The notes under the pieces were generated by a model. That model did no database searches and had not been told where the DNA came from. It worked only from the letters and a program-made list of their open reading frames with translations. Shown here piece after piece: positions 1 through 8,188 of a DNA stretch of 64,000 bases (position 1 is its first letter; each line of letters begins with the position of its first letter). The DNA lies in assembly GCA_027623675.1 (NCBI GenBank), contig JAQBVF010000010.1, positions 35,899 to 99,898 on the forward strand, given 5' to 3'. The position numbers and the translations under genes are program-made. Source of the DNA: Chloroflexota bacterium (GTDB taxonomy: Bacteria; Chloroflexota; Dehalococcoidia; Lucifugimonadales; UBA3495).

Positions 1-192
1 CAGCGACGAAGAGTGGCACGATCAAGGGTACATACACCCGAGAGAGGAAGCGGTCTAATCTCCTGGAGTGGAGGTAACATTCTCACGGCAAGGAGCAGAT
101 GCGTCCCAGTTGGATGTCGACAGGGCGAAGGCCGCTAAGGAGCGGAGCCAACAGACTCGTTCCTTCGTCCGCGTGGTGAATGCGCCGTAAAT

Positions 193-294
193 CTACTTTT
201 CTTTTTTCAATTTACGTTTTTCCTTTAGGGTATGTTGTGCAGCTGTCTGTTTTTCCTTTTTGGATTTATCTTTCTTACCACCCTTATCGCCCAT
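193..294 (-). CDS. 33-aa lysine-rich small protein (MGDKGGKKDKSKKEKQTAAQHTLKEKRKLKKEK)
   Basis: Translated by hand; it is below the ORF-track cutoff. ATG at 294 follows an AAGGAG SD, stop is TAG at 193-195, and the peptide has 13 Lys + 1 Arg. It explains the T-rich plus strand here. Confidence 0.7.
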   Translation of the reverse strand: MGDKGGKKDKSKKEKQTAAQHTLKEKRKLKKEK

Positions 295-1088
295 TATTCT
301 GCTCCTTTGAAGGTGAACCTTCGAACGGCCCAGGTTTAAGCCTGATGGGGCTACTGGAAGCGGACTGCCACTATCTTTAGGGGTGGCATATCATCCGAGA
401 TTCTGCATTTGGGACCACCCTATGCCTTCAGCAAAACCCGAATGAATCGTATTTCAGCTTACCACCGGTATTTGAGTCTCGGCAACGTGCTCTTGCTCCG
501 GCCTGGGACAAGGTTTCTGTTATGGACACCCAGGGAAATACGTCATATGGTCATCCTGCCCCAGCGCGAAGCGGCTGGGTTCGTGTTCCAGGGAAACCCG
601 AGGTGGCCCCCATCAGTCCCTCATGATCGGTGAGCTTTGGATCTACCGCGATTGACCTCGGTGAGGGTCCGGTCCTGGGCCATCGCCAACCAAATTTCAT
701 CGGGGCCGTTGGCAATCACGGTTTGAAAGATGACCTGAGGCGAACCCAAATCCAACCACCGAACAAGGGCACACTTTAAGCGCCACACAACCGGTCAATG
801 CCTTGCCGCTTCGAAGCTATGGTTCTCGGGTGCGCTCGCTGCAATAGGTGTAAAATCGTGGGCACCAAAAAAGATTAATCTTTGGCGCCTCGCGTACAGC
901 GATCAATCTCCTCACTAGACCGTATGGCAAGCAGTCCTTAAACTTGGGACTTGTTGGTTCTGCGTCTCATCAGAGCCGGGTTGCCCAGCCTTCAAAATTT
1001 CCCTTCGAGACCAGGCATAAAAGCCTGGTTGGAAAGCGGTCAAGTGGGTCGAGTTAAGAAAATAGTGACGGCAAGGTAACTTCCCTTT

Positions 1089-3005
1089 ATGGCCCTCTTA
1101 AGTATGCAAGGCATCTCCATCGCCTTTATCGGCGTCCCGATCTTTGAAGGGATCAACCTGACCATTGAGCGCGGAGAAAAGGTTGGCCTGGTAGGCAGGA
1201 ACGGGTCAGGGAAATCAACGTTGCTGCGGCTGATAGAGGGAAGCGTAAAACCAGGTTCCGGCACTGTTGCGGTCCAAAAGGGCATACGCTCCGCCTATCT
1301 TTCACAAGATGTGCCCCATGATCTACCCGGAACCGTGTTTGATGTGGTCGCCAGCGGAAGCAGAGAATACCTTGACCTGACCACCCGGAATCCATCCTCA
1401 AGCGCCCAGTTGCTACCTGAAGGCGCACTACCTCTACGCGAAGAATTGGACCGGATTCACGACAACCTTGATATGGAAGGAGTGTGGTACAAGAGGGAAC
1501 AGGTCAACAAAAGCCTCTCGCAACTTGGGGTGGATGCCGGCTGCAATTTCAGTACTCTTTCCGCGGGCCTAAAACGTCAAGTGCTCTTAACGAGGGCGCT
1601 TGTTGGTGAGCCGGATATCCTCCTACTTGATGAACCAAGTAACCACATGGATATTGATTCCATCCAGGAACTGGAACGGATGATGGTTCGGTTTACGGGC
1701 GCCTTGATATTCGTTACCCACGACCGGATGTTCTTGCAGAAGATCGCTACCCGGATAGTTGAGATTGACCGGGGCCGGCTGTTTGATCAGACCTGCGACT
1801 ATGAGACATTCCTGGTACGGCGAAACGCCAACCTTGAGGCAGAAGAAACGAAAAACGCTCTGTTCGATAGGAAGCTGCAACAGGAAGAACATTGGGTTCG
1901 GGGAGGTATCAAGGCGAGGCGGACGCGCAACGAGGGCCGCGTGAGGGAACTGGAAAAGATGCGGGAGATGCGCAGCTCCAGACGGGACCGGCCAAAGAGT
2001 GTGAAGATGGAAGCCCAAGAGGCCGAGCGCTCCGGAACATTGGTGGCCAAGGCAGACGATATCGGCTTTAACTATGGCGATACCCAGGTAATCTCAAGAT
2101 TCTCCACCACGATCCTGAAGGGCGACAGGATCGGCATCCTGGGCCCCAACGGCAGCGGCAAGACAACCCTTTTGCGCCTGCTTCTTGGCATGCTCAGTCC
2201 GGTTACTGGAACGATCCGCCTCGGGTCTAATCTACAGATCAGCTACTCCGACCAACTTCTTGAGCAATTGGACGAGAACAAGACCGCCATAGAAAACGTC
2301 GGCGACGGCAGTGATACGGTTACCGTTAACGGCAAAATCCGTCATATCGTCGGCTATCTACAAGATTTTCTCTTTTCTCCAGATCAAGCCCGCTCTCTGG
2401 TTTCTGTTCTTTCCGGCGGGGAGCGTAAGCGCCTCATGCTCGCCCGTCTCTTCACCCAGCCCTCCAATCTCCTTGTACTGGATGAGCCCACCAACGACCT
2501 TGATATCGAAACCCTTGACATCCTTGAAGGCCTCTTGATTGACTACACGGGAACGATCCTCCTCGTCAGCCATGATAGGACGTTCATCAACAACATCGTG
2601 ACGAGCACTCTCGTTTTTGAGGGCGGTTCCGTCGTGAAGGAGTACGTGGGTGACTATGATGACTGGCTGCGTCAGCGCCCCCAGGAAGCGAAACCGATCA
2701 GGACATCCGCCAGCAAACAAGAGGCCCAACCGGCTCTGCCACCCAAGGCAAGATTAAAATTACGGTTCAGCGAGCAAAGGGAACTGGATGCGCTGCCCCA
2801 GACTATCGAGTGCCTCGAAAGAGAACAGACGGAGTTGTTCCAGACCATGGGAGATCCAGGACTCTACAAAATGGACAAGGCTGACATCGTTGCCACGAAT
2901 CATAAGCTAGAAGAACTGAAAGGACTATTGGCTGAGGCCTACGAACGTTGGGAAGAACTGGAACAACTCCGCCTGGAGATCGAAAACAGCAGGCTTTCAA
3001 AGTAG
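1089..3005 (+). CDS. uup: ABC-F family ATPase, Uup-like
   Basis: Two ABC domains (GRNGSGKS / LSAG / LLLDEPSNH and GPNGSGKT / LSGGE / LVLDEPTNDLD), linker GIKARRTRNEGRVR, C-terminal coiled coil ending AYERWEELE, no TM segments. Confidence 0.92.
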   Translation: MALLSMQGISIAFIGVPIFEGINLTIERGEKVGLVGRNGSGKSTLLRLIEGSVKPGSGTVAVQKGIRSAYLSQDVPHDLPGTVFDVVASGSREYLDLTTRNPSSSAQLLPEGALPLREELDRIHDNLDMEGVWYKREQVNKSLSQLGVDAGCNFSTLSAGLKRQVLLTRALVGEPDILLLDEPSNHMDIDSIQELERMMVRFTGALIFVTHDRMFLQKIATRIVEIDRGRLFDQTCDYETFLVRRNANLEAEETKNALFDRKLQQEEHWVRGGIKARRTRNEGRVRELEKMREMRSSRRDRPKSVKMEAQEAERSGTLVAKADDIGFNYGDTQVISRFSTTILKGDRIGILGPNGSGKTTLLRLLLGMLSPVTGTIRLGSNLQISYSDQLLEQLDENKTAIENVGDGSDTVTVNGKIRHIVGYLQDFLFSPDQARSLVSVLSGGERKRLMLARLFTQPSNLLVLDEPTNDLDIETLDILEGLLIDYTGTILLVSHDRTFINNIVTSTLVFEGGSVVKEYVGDYDDWLRQRPQEAKPIRTSASKQEAQPALPPKARLKLRFSEQRELDALPQTIECLEREQTELFQTMGDPGLYKMDKADIVATNHKLEELKGLLAEAYERWEELEQLRLEIENSRLSK

Positions 3006-3007
3006 AG

Positions 3008-4759
3008 ATGGCGGAGCCAGAAGACAGGACCGGCCAGACGAGCGCAGTCTCCAATCCTCATGTCAAGTTCCTGCGTAAATGGGGGACCAGGGGCGGCGGA
3101 GATGGGGAATTCAGGTGGCCCCTGTGCCTGATCATAGACGGCGCCAGCGACGTCTACGTGTCAGAATCTAGCAATGATCGGATCCAGGTCTTCGACCAAC
3201 GGGGCAGATTTCTGCGCAAGTGGGGCAGCGAGGGCAGCGGAGACGGGGAATTCATCCGGCCCCAGGAATTGGCCATGGACAGTGAAGGCAACGTCTACGC
3301 TTCGGACCGAGACAATAATAGGATCCAGGTCTTCGACCAACAGGGCAGGTTCCTGCGCAAATGGGGGAGCGAGGGCCGGGGAGAAGGGGAGTTCAGGTGG
3401 CCCCAGGGTCTGGGCATCGACCGTGACGGCAACATCTACGTGTCCGATCGGGGCAACGACAGGATCCAGGTATTCGACCAACAGGGCAGATTCCTGCGCA
3501 AGTGGGGGCGCACTGGCAGCGGAGATGGGGAGTTCAGGTGGCCCCAGGGTCTGGGCATAGACAATGAGAACAACATCTACGTGTCGGATCAAGGCAACAA
3601 TAGGCTCCAGGTCTTCGACCAACAGGGCAGATTCCTGCGCAAGTGGGGCAGCGAGGGTAGCGGAGACGGCGAGTTCAATTGGCCTCAGGGTCTGACCATC
3701 GACAATAATGGCAACGTCTACGCTTCCGATCGAGGCAATCATAGGATCCAGGTCTTCGATCCACAGGGCAGATTCCTTCTCAAGTGGGGGACCAGGGGCA
3801 GTGGCGACGGGGAGTTCAGCCAGCCTCAAGGTCTGGCGATAGACGATGACGGCAACGTCTACGTGTCAGAATATGGCAATAATAGGATCCAGGTTTTCGA
3901 CCCCCAAGGGAGGTTCCTGCGCGAATGGGGCAGCGAGGGCAGCGGAGACGGGGAGTTCAGGACGCCCCAGGGTCTGGGGGTAGGCATCGAGGGCAACGTC
4001 TACGCCTCCGATCATTGGAATGACCGACTCCAGGTTTTCGATCCCCGGGGCAGATTCCTTCTCAAGTGGGGGATCAGGGGGAGCGAAGACGGGGAGTTCA
4101 ACCAACCGCAGGGGCTGGCTGTGGACGGTGGCGGCAACGTCTACGTGTCAGATTATGGCAATAATAGGATCCAAGTTTTCGACCCACAGGGAAGATTTCT
4201 GCGCAAATGGGGGAATGAGGGCCGCGGAGACGGGGAGTTCAGCCAACCGCAGGGTCTGGCGATAGACAGCGACGGCAACGTCTACGTGTCAGACCAAGGC
4301 AATGATCGGATCCAGGTCTTCGACCCGCAGGGCAGGTTCCTGCGAGCATGGGGAATCGGGGGCCGCGGAGATGGAGAGTTCATCCGGCCCCAGGGTCTGG
4401 CGATAGACGGTGAAGGCGAGGTCTACGTGTCAGAATATGGCAATGACCGGATCCAGGTCTTCGATCCACAGGGCAGGTTCCTGCGCAAGTGGGGAATCAG
4501 CGGCAGCGAAGACGGGGAGTTCAGCCAGCCTCAGGGCCTGGCCATAGACGGTGACGGCAACGTCTACGTGTCAGAATATGGCAACAATAGGATCCAGGTC
4601 TTCGATCTACAAGGTAGGTTCCTGCGCAAATGGGGGAGCGAGGGCAGCGGAGACGGGGAGTTCAGCCAGCCGCAGGGCCTGGCGATAGACAGCGACGGCG
4701 ACGTCTATGTGTCAGACCAGGGTAATCATAGGATCCTGGTGTTCAAACCAACCGTCTAG
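3008..4759 (+). CDS. NHL-repeat beta-propeller protein, 12 x 47-aa repeats
   Basis: Twelve repeats of FLRKWGxxGxGDGEFxxPQGLAIDxxGNVYVSDxGNxRIQVFDPQGR. ATG at 3008 lies 2 nt after the uup stop. Confidence 0.92.
   Translation: MAEPEDRTGQTSAVSNPHVKFLRKWGTRGGGDGEFRWPLCLIIDGASDVYVSESSNDRIQVFDQRGRFLRKWGSEGSGDGEFIRPQELAMDSEGNVYASDRDNNRIQVFDQQGRFLRKWGSEGRGEGEFRWPQGLGIDRDGNIYVSDRGNDRIQVFDQQGRFLRKWGRTGSGDGEFRWPQGLGIDNENNIYVSDQGNNRLQVFDQQGRFLRKWGSEGSGDGEFNWPQGLTIDNNGNVYASDRGNHRIQVFDPQGRFLLKWGTRGSGDGEFSQPQGLAIDDDGNVYVSEYGNNRIQVFDPQGRFLREWGSEGSGDGEFRTPQGLGVGIEGNVYASDHWNDRLQVFDPRGRFLLKWGIRGSEDGEFNQPQGLAVDGGGNVYVSDYGNNRIQVFDPQGRFLRKWGNEGRGDGEFSQPQGLAIDSDGNVYVSDQGNDRIQVFDPQGRFLRAWGIGGRGDGEFIRPQGLAIDGEGEVYVSEYGNDRIQVFDPQGRFLRKWGISGSEDGEFSQPQGLAIDGDGNVYVSEYGNNRIQVFDLQGRFLRKWGSEGSGDGEFSQPQGLAIDSDGDVYVSDQGNHRILVFKPTV
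3068..4745 (+). repeat. Intragenic 141-bp tandem repeat, 12 copies
   Basis: Blocks such as GGATCCAGGTCTTCGA and TTCCTGCGCAAGTGGGG recur at 141-bp spacing. Confidence 0.9.
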
Positions 4760-4776
4760 AAAAGCAATTCACGGAC

Positions 4777-5148
4777 TCATTCGTCTCCATCATCTATTTC
4801 CCAAGGTCCAGGTGCATGGGCGTCATCTCCAACCGGGAGAAGGGCAGCCCGGCGTGGGACCGCCTTCAAGATCGTGGTCTTGCGGGTGCCGGTACCTCCC
4901 GTGACGACGGCCACTGTCTCTGTGACCACCAGGCCAACCGCCTTCTCCTGCGTCTCGGGAAAGGTCAGACCGATCTCCGTCTCAGCCAACGCCATCGCCT
5001 GATAGAGATCCCACAAGGCCGATTCTGATTCGGTGGCCAACGGCGCCTTCAGGCTGTCGGCCGCTCCACTCTCCGCGACATAGTAGGCGCGCAGGTAAAC
5101 GGCATGACAGTCTCGAACGGTCCGGCCCGATTCCTGCGAAGAATCCAT
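4777..5148 (-). pseudogene. Remnant of RecD2-like helicase
   Basis: VYLRAYYVAESGAA...QEKAV...VAVVTGGTGTRKTTILKAV resembles the RecD2 Q-motif and Walker A (GGPGTGKTT), here degenerate. It is followed by LLPVGD, which resembles motif III LxLVGD; the intervening region is missing. Confidence 0.65.
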
Positions 5149-5220
5149 CGGAATCCTGATATATTAAGTGCCTGGGTCTCGACCAAGACTGCCTTTTCCG
5201 ATAAGGATTGGAAGGACTAT

Positions 5221-5340
5221 ATGCCCCATAGTGACGTGTCTGAAAGATGTGATAGAGAAGTCGCTATCGTCATCGTCGGCTTTGGAGCCGCGGACGCAGC
5301 GGTGGAGCAGCCGATAGGCCTGGACGAAACCCGGCTGTGA
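5221..5340 (+). pseudogene. Truncated N-terminus of an FAD-binding oxidoreductase
   Basis: AAGGA SD and ATG, then DREVAIVIVGFGAADAA, a degenerate GxGxxG dinucleotide-binding start. Stops after 39 aa, overlapping the next GTG. Confidence 0.45.
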
Positions 5341-7628
5341 CCGCAGGTCAGACGGTTATTTCGGCATCCGATGACGGCCTCGGCGTTGCGGTCCATTTCG
5401 ACGGACTACCATTTATCCTGGAGATTGGCGCCGACCTTCAGATGGAAGCAGCGCGGCGGTCCGCTTTCGAAGGCTCGTTGATGGTGGACTGGATCGGGGA
5501 CGGCGCAAGCGATGACCGTCTCGGGCGCCATGAGTTCATTTCGATCACTTTTCGCGACGGATCAGGACCGTTGCTCCGCCAAACGATCCGAGCCTACCGT
5601 AGCGGCCTGGCCGAATCGGCGGTGATCGTCGAAACCACCGCACTCAGAGAAATGACAGGCACATCGGTCGCGGACAGCTACTTCCATACCACCTTCAATT
5701 CGCCAGTATTTAGGTTGGCCAAGGGGTTGAGCTACCTTACTTTTACTTGGGGGCTCACTGGAGGCGAAGGGACCGGAGTGGGCGGGAATTTCCCGGATGC
5801 CGCAATTGCTCCAAGTCTGGAAGACCTGCCCGAGCAACTGAAGATGGCGGATTTCTCCCCCGATACGGATCTCCACCAGAGTGGCAATAAACCGTTTGCG
5901 CCTCTCATTGCATTTGACGCGGACGGACGGACCATGGTCGCCGCGCCGTTGGACTATCTTCTGATTAGTCCCATGCGATTAACCGAGACCCCTAAAGGGT
6001 TAGCGGTCGCACGAGGCTTGCACGGCGCCGTAAACCAGATCCCAGCCGGCACCACCACCAATACTGCCTTCGTCTTCGGGATGGGCTTGGTCGATACGAT
6101 GCTGCGCTGGGGCCGGCTGATGGCCAAAGCGCAAGGATGTGACGTACCCAAAACCGCCAGAGGGCCAGAGATCGGTTCTCTGGGATTCTGGAACTGCTAC
6201 GGAGGGTATTACGCCCAGCTTTTCCGGCCCACGACAGCGCAGACCCTCAGGGACCTGGCCTCCTACTTCAAGGAAGCCGACATCCCAGTTAGGTATCTTG
6301 GCCTAGACCTTTGGTACCCACACTCTACCGTGGGGTTCTCAACAAGCTATCGACCGGATCCCGAGAAATACCCCGATGGGTTGGGCCCATTGGCTCGGGA
6401 GATTGGCCTGCCCCTGCTCTTGCACATGTCAGCCTTCGACCGGAATAACGAATATTCGGAGACCCACAACCTGACTAGGGAAGAGGGGGCGGCATACCCT
6501 AGAGAGCCCCTGATTCACCAAGACCTAGCCCGCGATTTTCGGGACTGGGGCGCGTCTGGGATCTGGCATGATTTCTTGAGGACCCAACTGCAGAACTGCC
6601 ACTCTTTAAGAGCGAAAATCGGGGAGGCTGACCGGGTCTTCGACGGTATGGTCCGGGCCATGGCAGCCGAAGAACTTGACGTGATGTTATGCATGCCGAC
6701 CATCGGACACTACCTGGCGTCGGCCGCATACGAAAACGTCGTGGCGGTGCGCACTTCAACCGACTATGTGAACCACAAACCCCGCCAGGCCGAGATGCTA
6801 TCTCACCTGTCTGAATATCGTTCGATCTTCCCGGCCGGGCGCAACTTTAGGCAGAATCTCTTCTTGTCGTTTCTCGCGGGTGTTCTTGGACTGGCCCCAT
6901 CCCATGACGTGTTCATCTCCAACCAAGACCACCCCGAAGGTTTCGAAGAATCTGACGCCGAGCAAGAGGCGTTGGCTCGCGCCCTCAGCGCTGGTATCGT
7001 TGGATTCGGAGACAAGGTTGGTCACGCCGATAAGTCCGTGATCGATAAGCTCGCTTTCCCCGACGGACGGTTAGCCCAGCCAGACCACCCACCTTACCCA
7101 CTGGCGTCGACGATCCTGTCTTCCGTGCCAGCCTTCTATTCCACCACCACCATCGGCGGGTTCACCTGGACCTACGTCATCGTGTGGAACCTTACCGACG
7201 AGCCCCTCGATTATTCGGTGGACCTAGGCCCCCTAATGAAAGATGGCGACTTGATGTACGACTTCTTCGACGAGGCCGTTCTATCGGGACAAGTTTTGTC
7301 TGGCCGTGCCGAGGCTGGATCGGCTCGGTACGCCGTGCTAGTGCCACTCGTGGGTGGAGGTCACCCGTTGGGCTTCGCAGGGAAATACGTGCCGGTTTCC
7401 CGTGCGCAGGTGAGATCGATAGAGGCCGAAGAGAGAACGATCGCGGTCCACTGTAATCTCCGCCAAGGATCGCATTTTTCCTTTGCAAGCGTCGGCGCCG
7501 AACCAACGGAGGCAACGGGCTCGGGTTTAGAGATTCAGGCAATCACAAAGAAAGGTGAGATCACCTTCGTGGATCTCACCGTCACCGAGCGTGAATGCAC
7601 ATTAGAACTCAGTTTCATAGGCGAGTAA
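5337..7628 (+). CDS. Uncharacterised glycoside-hydrolase-like protein (clan GH-D / raffinose-synthase-like TIM barrel)
   Basis: 763-aa ORF. YLGLDLWY, PDPEKYPDGL, VRTSTDY and ARALSAGIVGFGD resemble GH27/GH36 motifs. ORF is solid; function is inferred. Confidence 0.6.
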   Translation: MTAGQTVISASDDGLGVAVHFDGLPFILEIGADLQMEAARRSAFEGSLMVDWIGDGASDDRLGRHEFISITFRDGSGPLLRQTIRAYRSGLAESAVIVETTALREMTGTSVADSYFHTTFNSPVFRLAKGLSYLTFTWGLTGGEGTGVGGNFPDAAIAPSLEDLPEQLKMADFSPDTDLHQSGNKPFAPLIAFDADGRTMVAAPLDYLLISPMRLTETPKGLAVARGLHGAVNQIPAGTTTNTAFVFGMGLVDTMLRWGRLMAKAQGCDVPKTARGPEIGSLGFWNCYGGYYAQLFRPTTAQTLRDLASYFKEADIPVRYLGLDLWYPHSTVGFSTSYRPDPEKYPDGLGPLAREIGLPLLLHMSAFDRNNEYSETHNLTREEGAAYPREPLIHQDLARDFRDWGASGIWHDFLRTQLQNCHSLRAKIGEADRVFDGMVRAMAAEELDVMLCMPTIGHYLASAAYENVVAVRTSTDYVNHKPRQAEMLSHLSEYRSIFPAGRNFRQNLFLSFLAGVLGLAPSHDVFISNQDHPEGFEESDAEQEALARALSAGIVGFGDKVGHADKSVIDKLAFPDGRLAQPDHPPYPLASTILSSVPAFYSTTTIGGFTWTYVIVWNLTDEPLDYSVDLGPLMKDGDLMYDFFDEAVLSGQVLSGRAEAGSARYAVLVPLVGGGHPLGFAGKYVPVSRAQVRSIEAEERTIAVHCNLRQGSHFSFASVGAEPTEATGSGLEIQAITKKGEITFVDLTVTERECTLELSFIGE

Positions 7629-8013
7629 GTGAAGATTCAACCATGGCGTTTACAGGTGGCTGAGTGAAATCTCCCGACCTACAGATCTGGCGTTCATCAT
7701 TGCCCTCTTGCAGCGCGAGATTCCACGGTCGGATCCAACAAAAATCACGAGCACACCGGAACCGCTGCGCTGGGTCCTTGGTAAACGACGGCACAAGGAA
7801 CTAAAACATCACAGCGGTTCATCGCTACGCTTACCTGGCGCCAACAATCTAAAACAGTTGAAGTTCATGATGCGCTGCTCACCATATTTTCAGTCTAATA
7901 CAAACCGAAGTTGGGGTAATTGCGCACCCGCCGTCACCATGAGCGGGGAATGGCACTATTGGCAGACTGGACGTGTAACAAGCCTGGTTTCAGCGCTAGA
8001 GAAATACCCCCAC

Positions 8014-8120
8014 CCGCTCGTACTGAACCCCGTCGAAGGGCCGGATCAGTCAAGTTCATCGCGGGGACTGGGTTGGCTTGCCCGGCAAAGCGGTGGTTCG
8101 ACGGGCTCGCCACGAACAGG
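8014..8120. repeat. REP-like imperfect inverted repeat pair
   Basis: CCGCTCGTACTGAACCCCGTCGAAGGG (8014-8040) and TGGTTCGACGGGCTCGCCACGAACAGG (8094-8120) are imperfect reverse complements, located between convergent genes. Confidence 0.6.
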
Positions 8121-8188
8121 GAGGTGCCCCACGAGCGGGGCACGGCGGGTCTCGGCCTCGAAGTCCGAGGCCGAGACCCGCTGGGGCG

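Noticed and set aside
2..58. Possible 3' end of an upstream gene (SDEEWHDQGYIHPREEAV*)
   Set aside because: Too short to support or identify.
300..1088. Short ORFs or an IS remnant upstream of uup
   Set aside because: No recognisable protein motif or terminal inverted repeats in the frames examined.
3068..4745. Regular repeats as a CRISPR array or DGR
   Set aside because: They are in-frame 141-bp coding repeats without unique spacers; no cas or reverse transcriptase gene is present and variation is not adenine-specific by eye.
7630..8010. ORF 7708-8295 or a gene remnant
   Set aside because: No motif or SD, and it runs through the REP-like element into the convergent gene.
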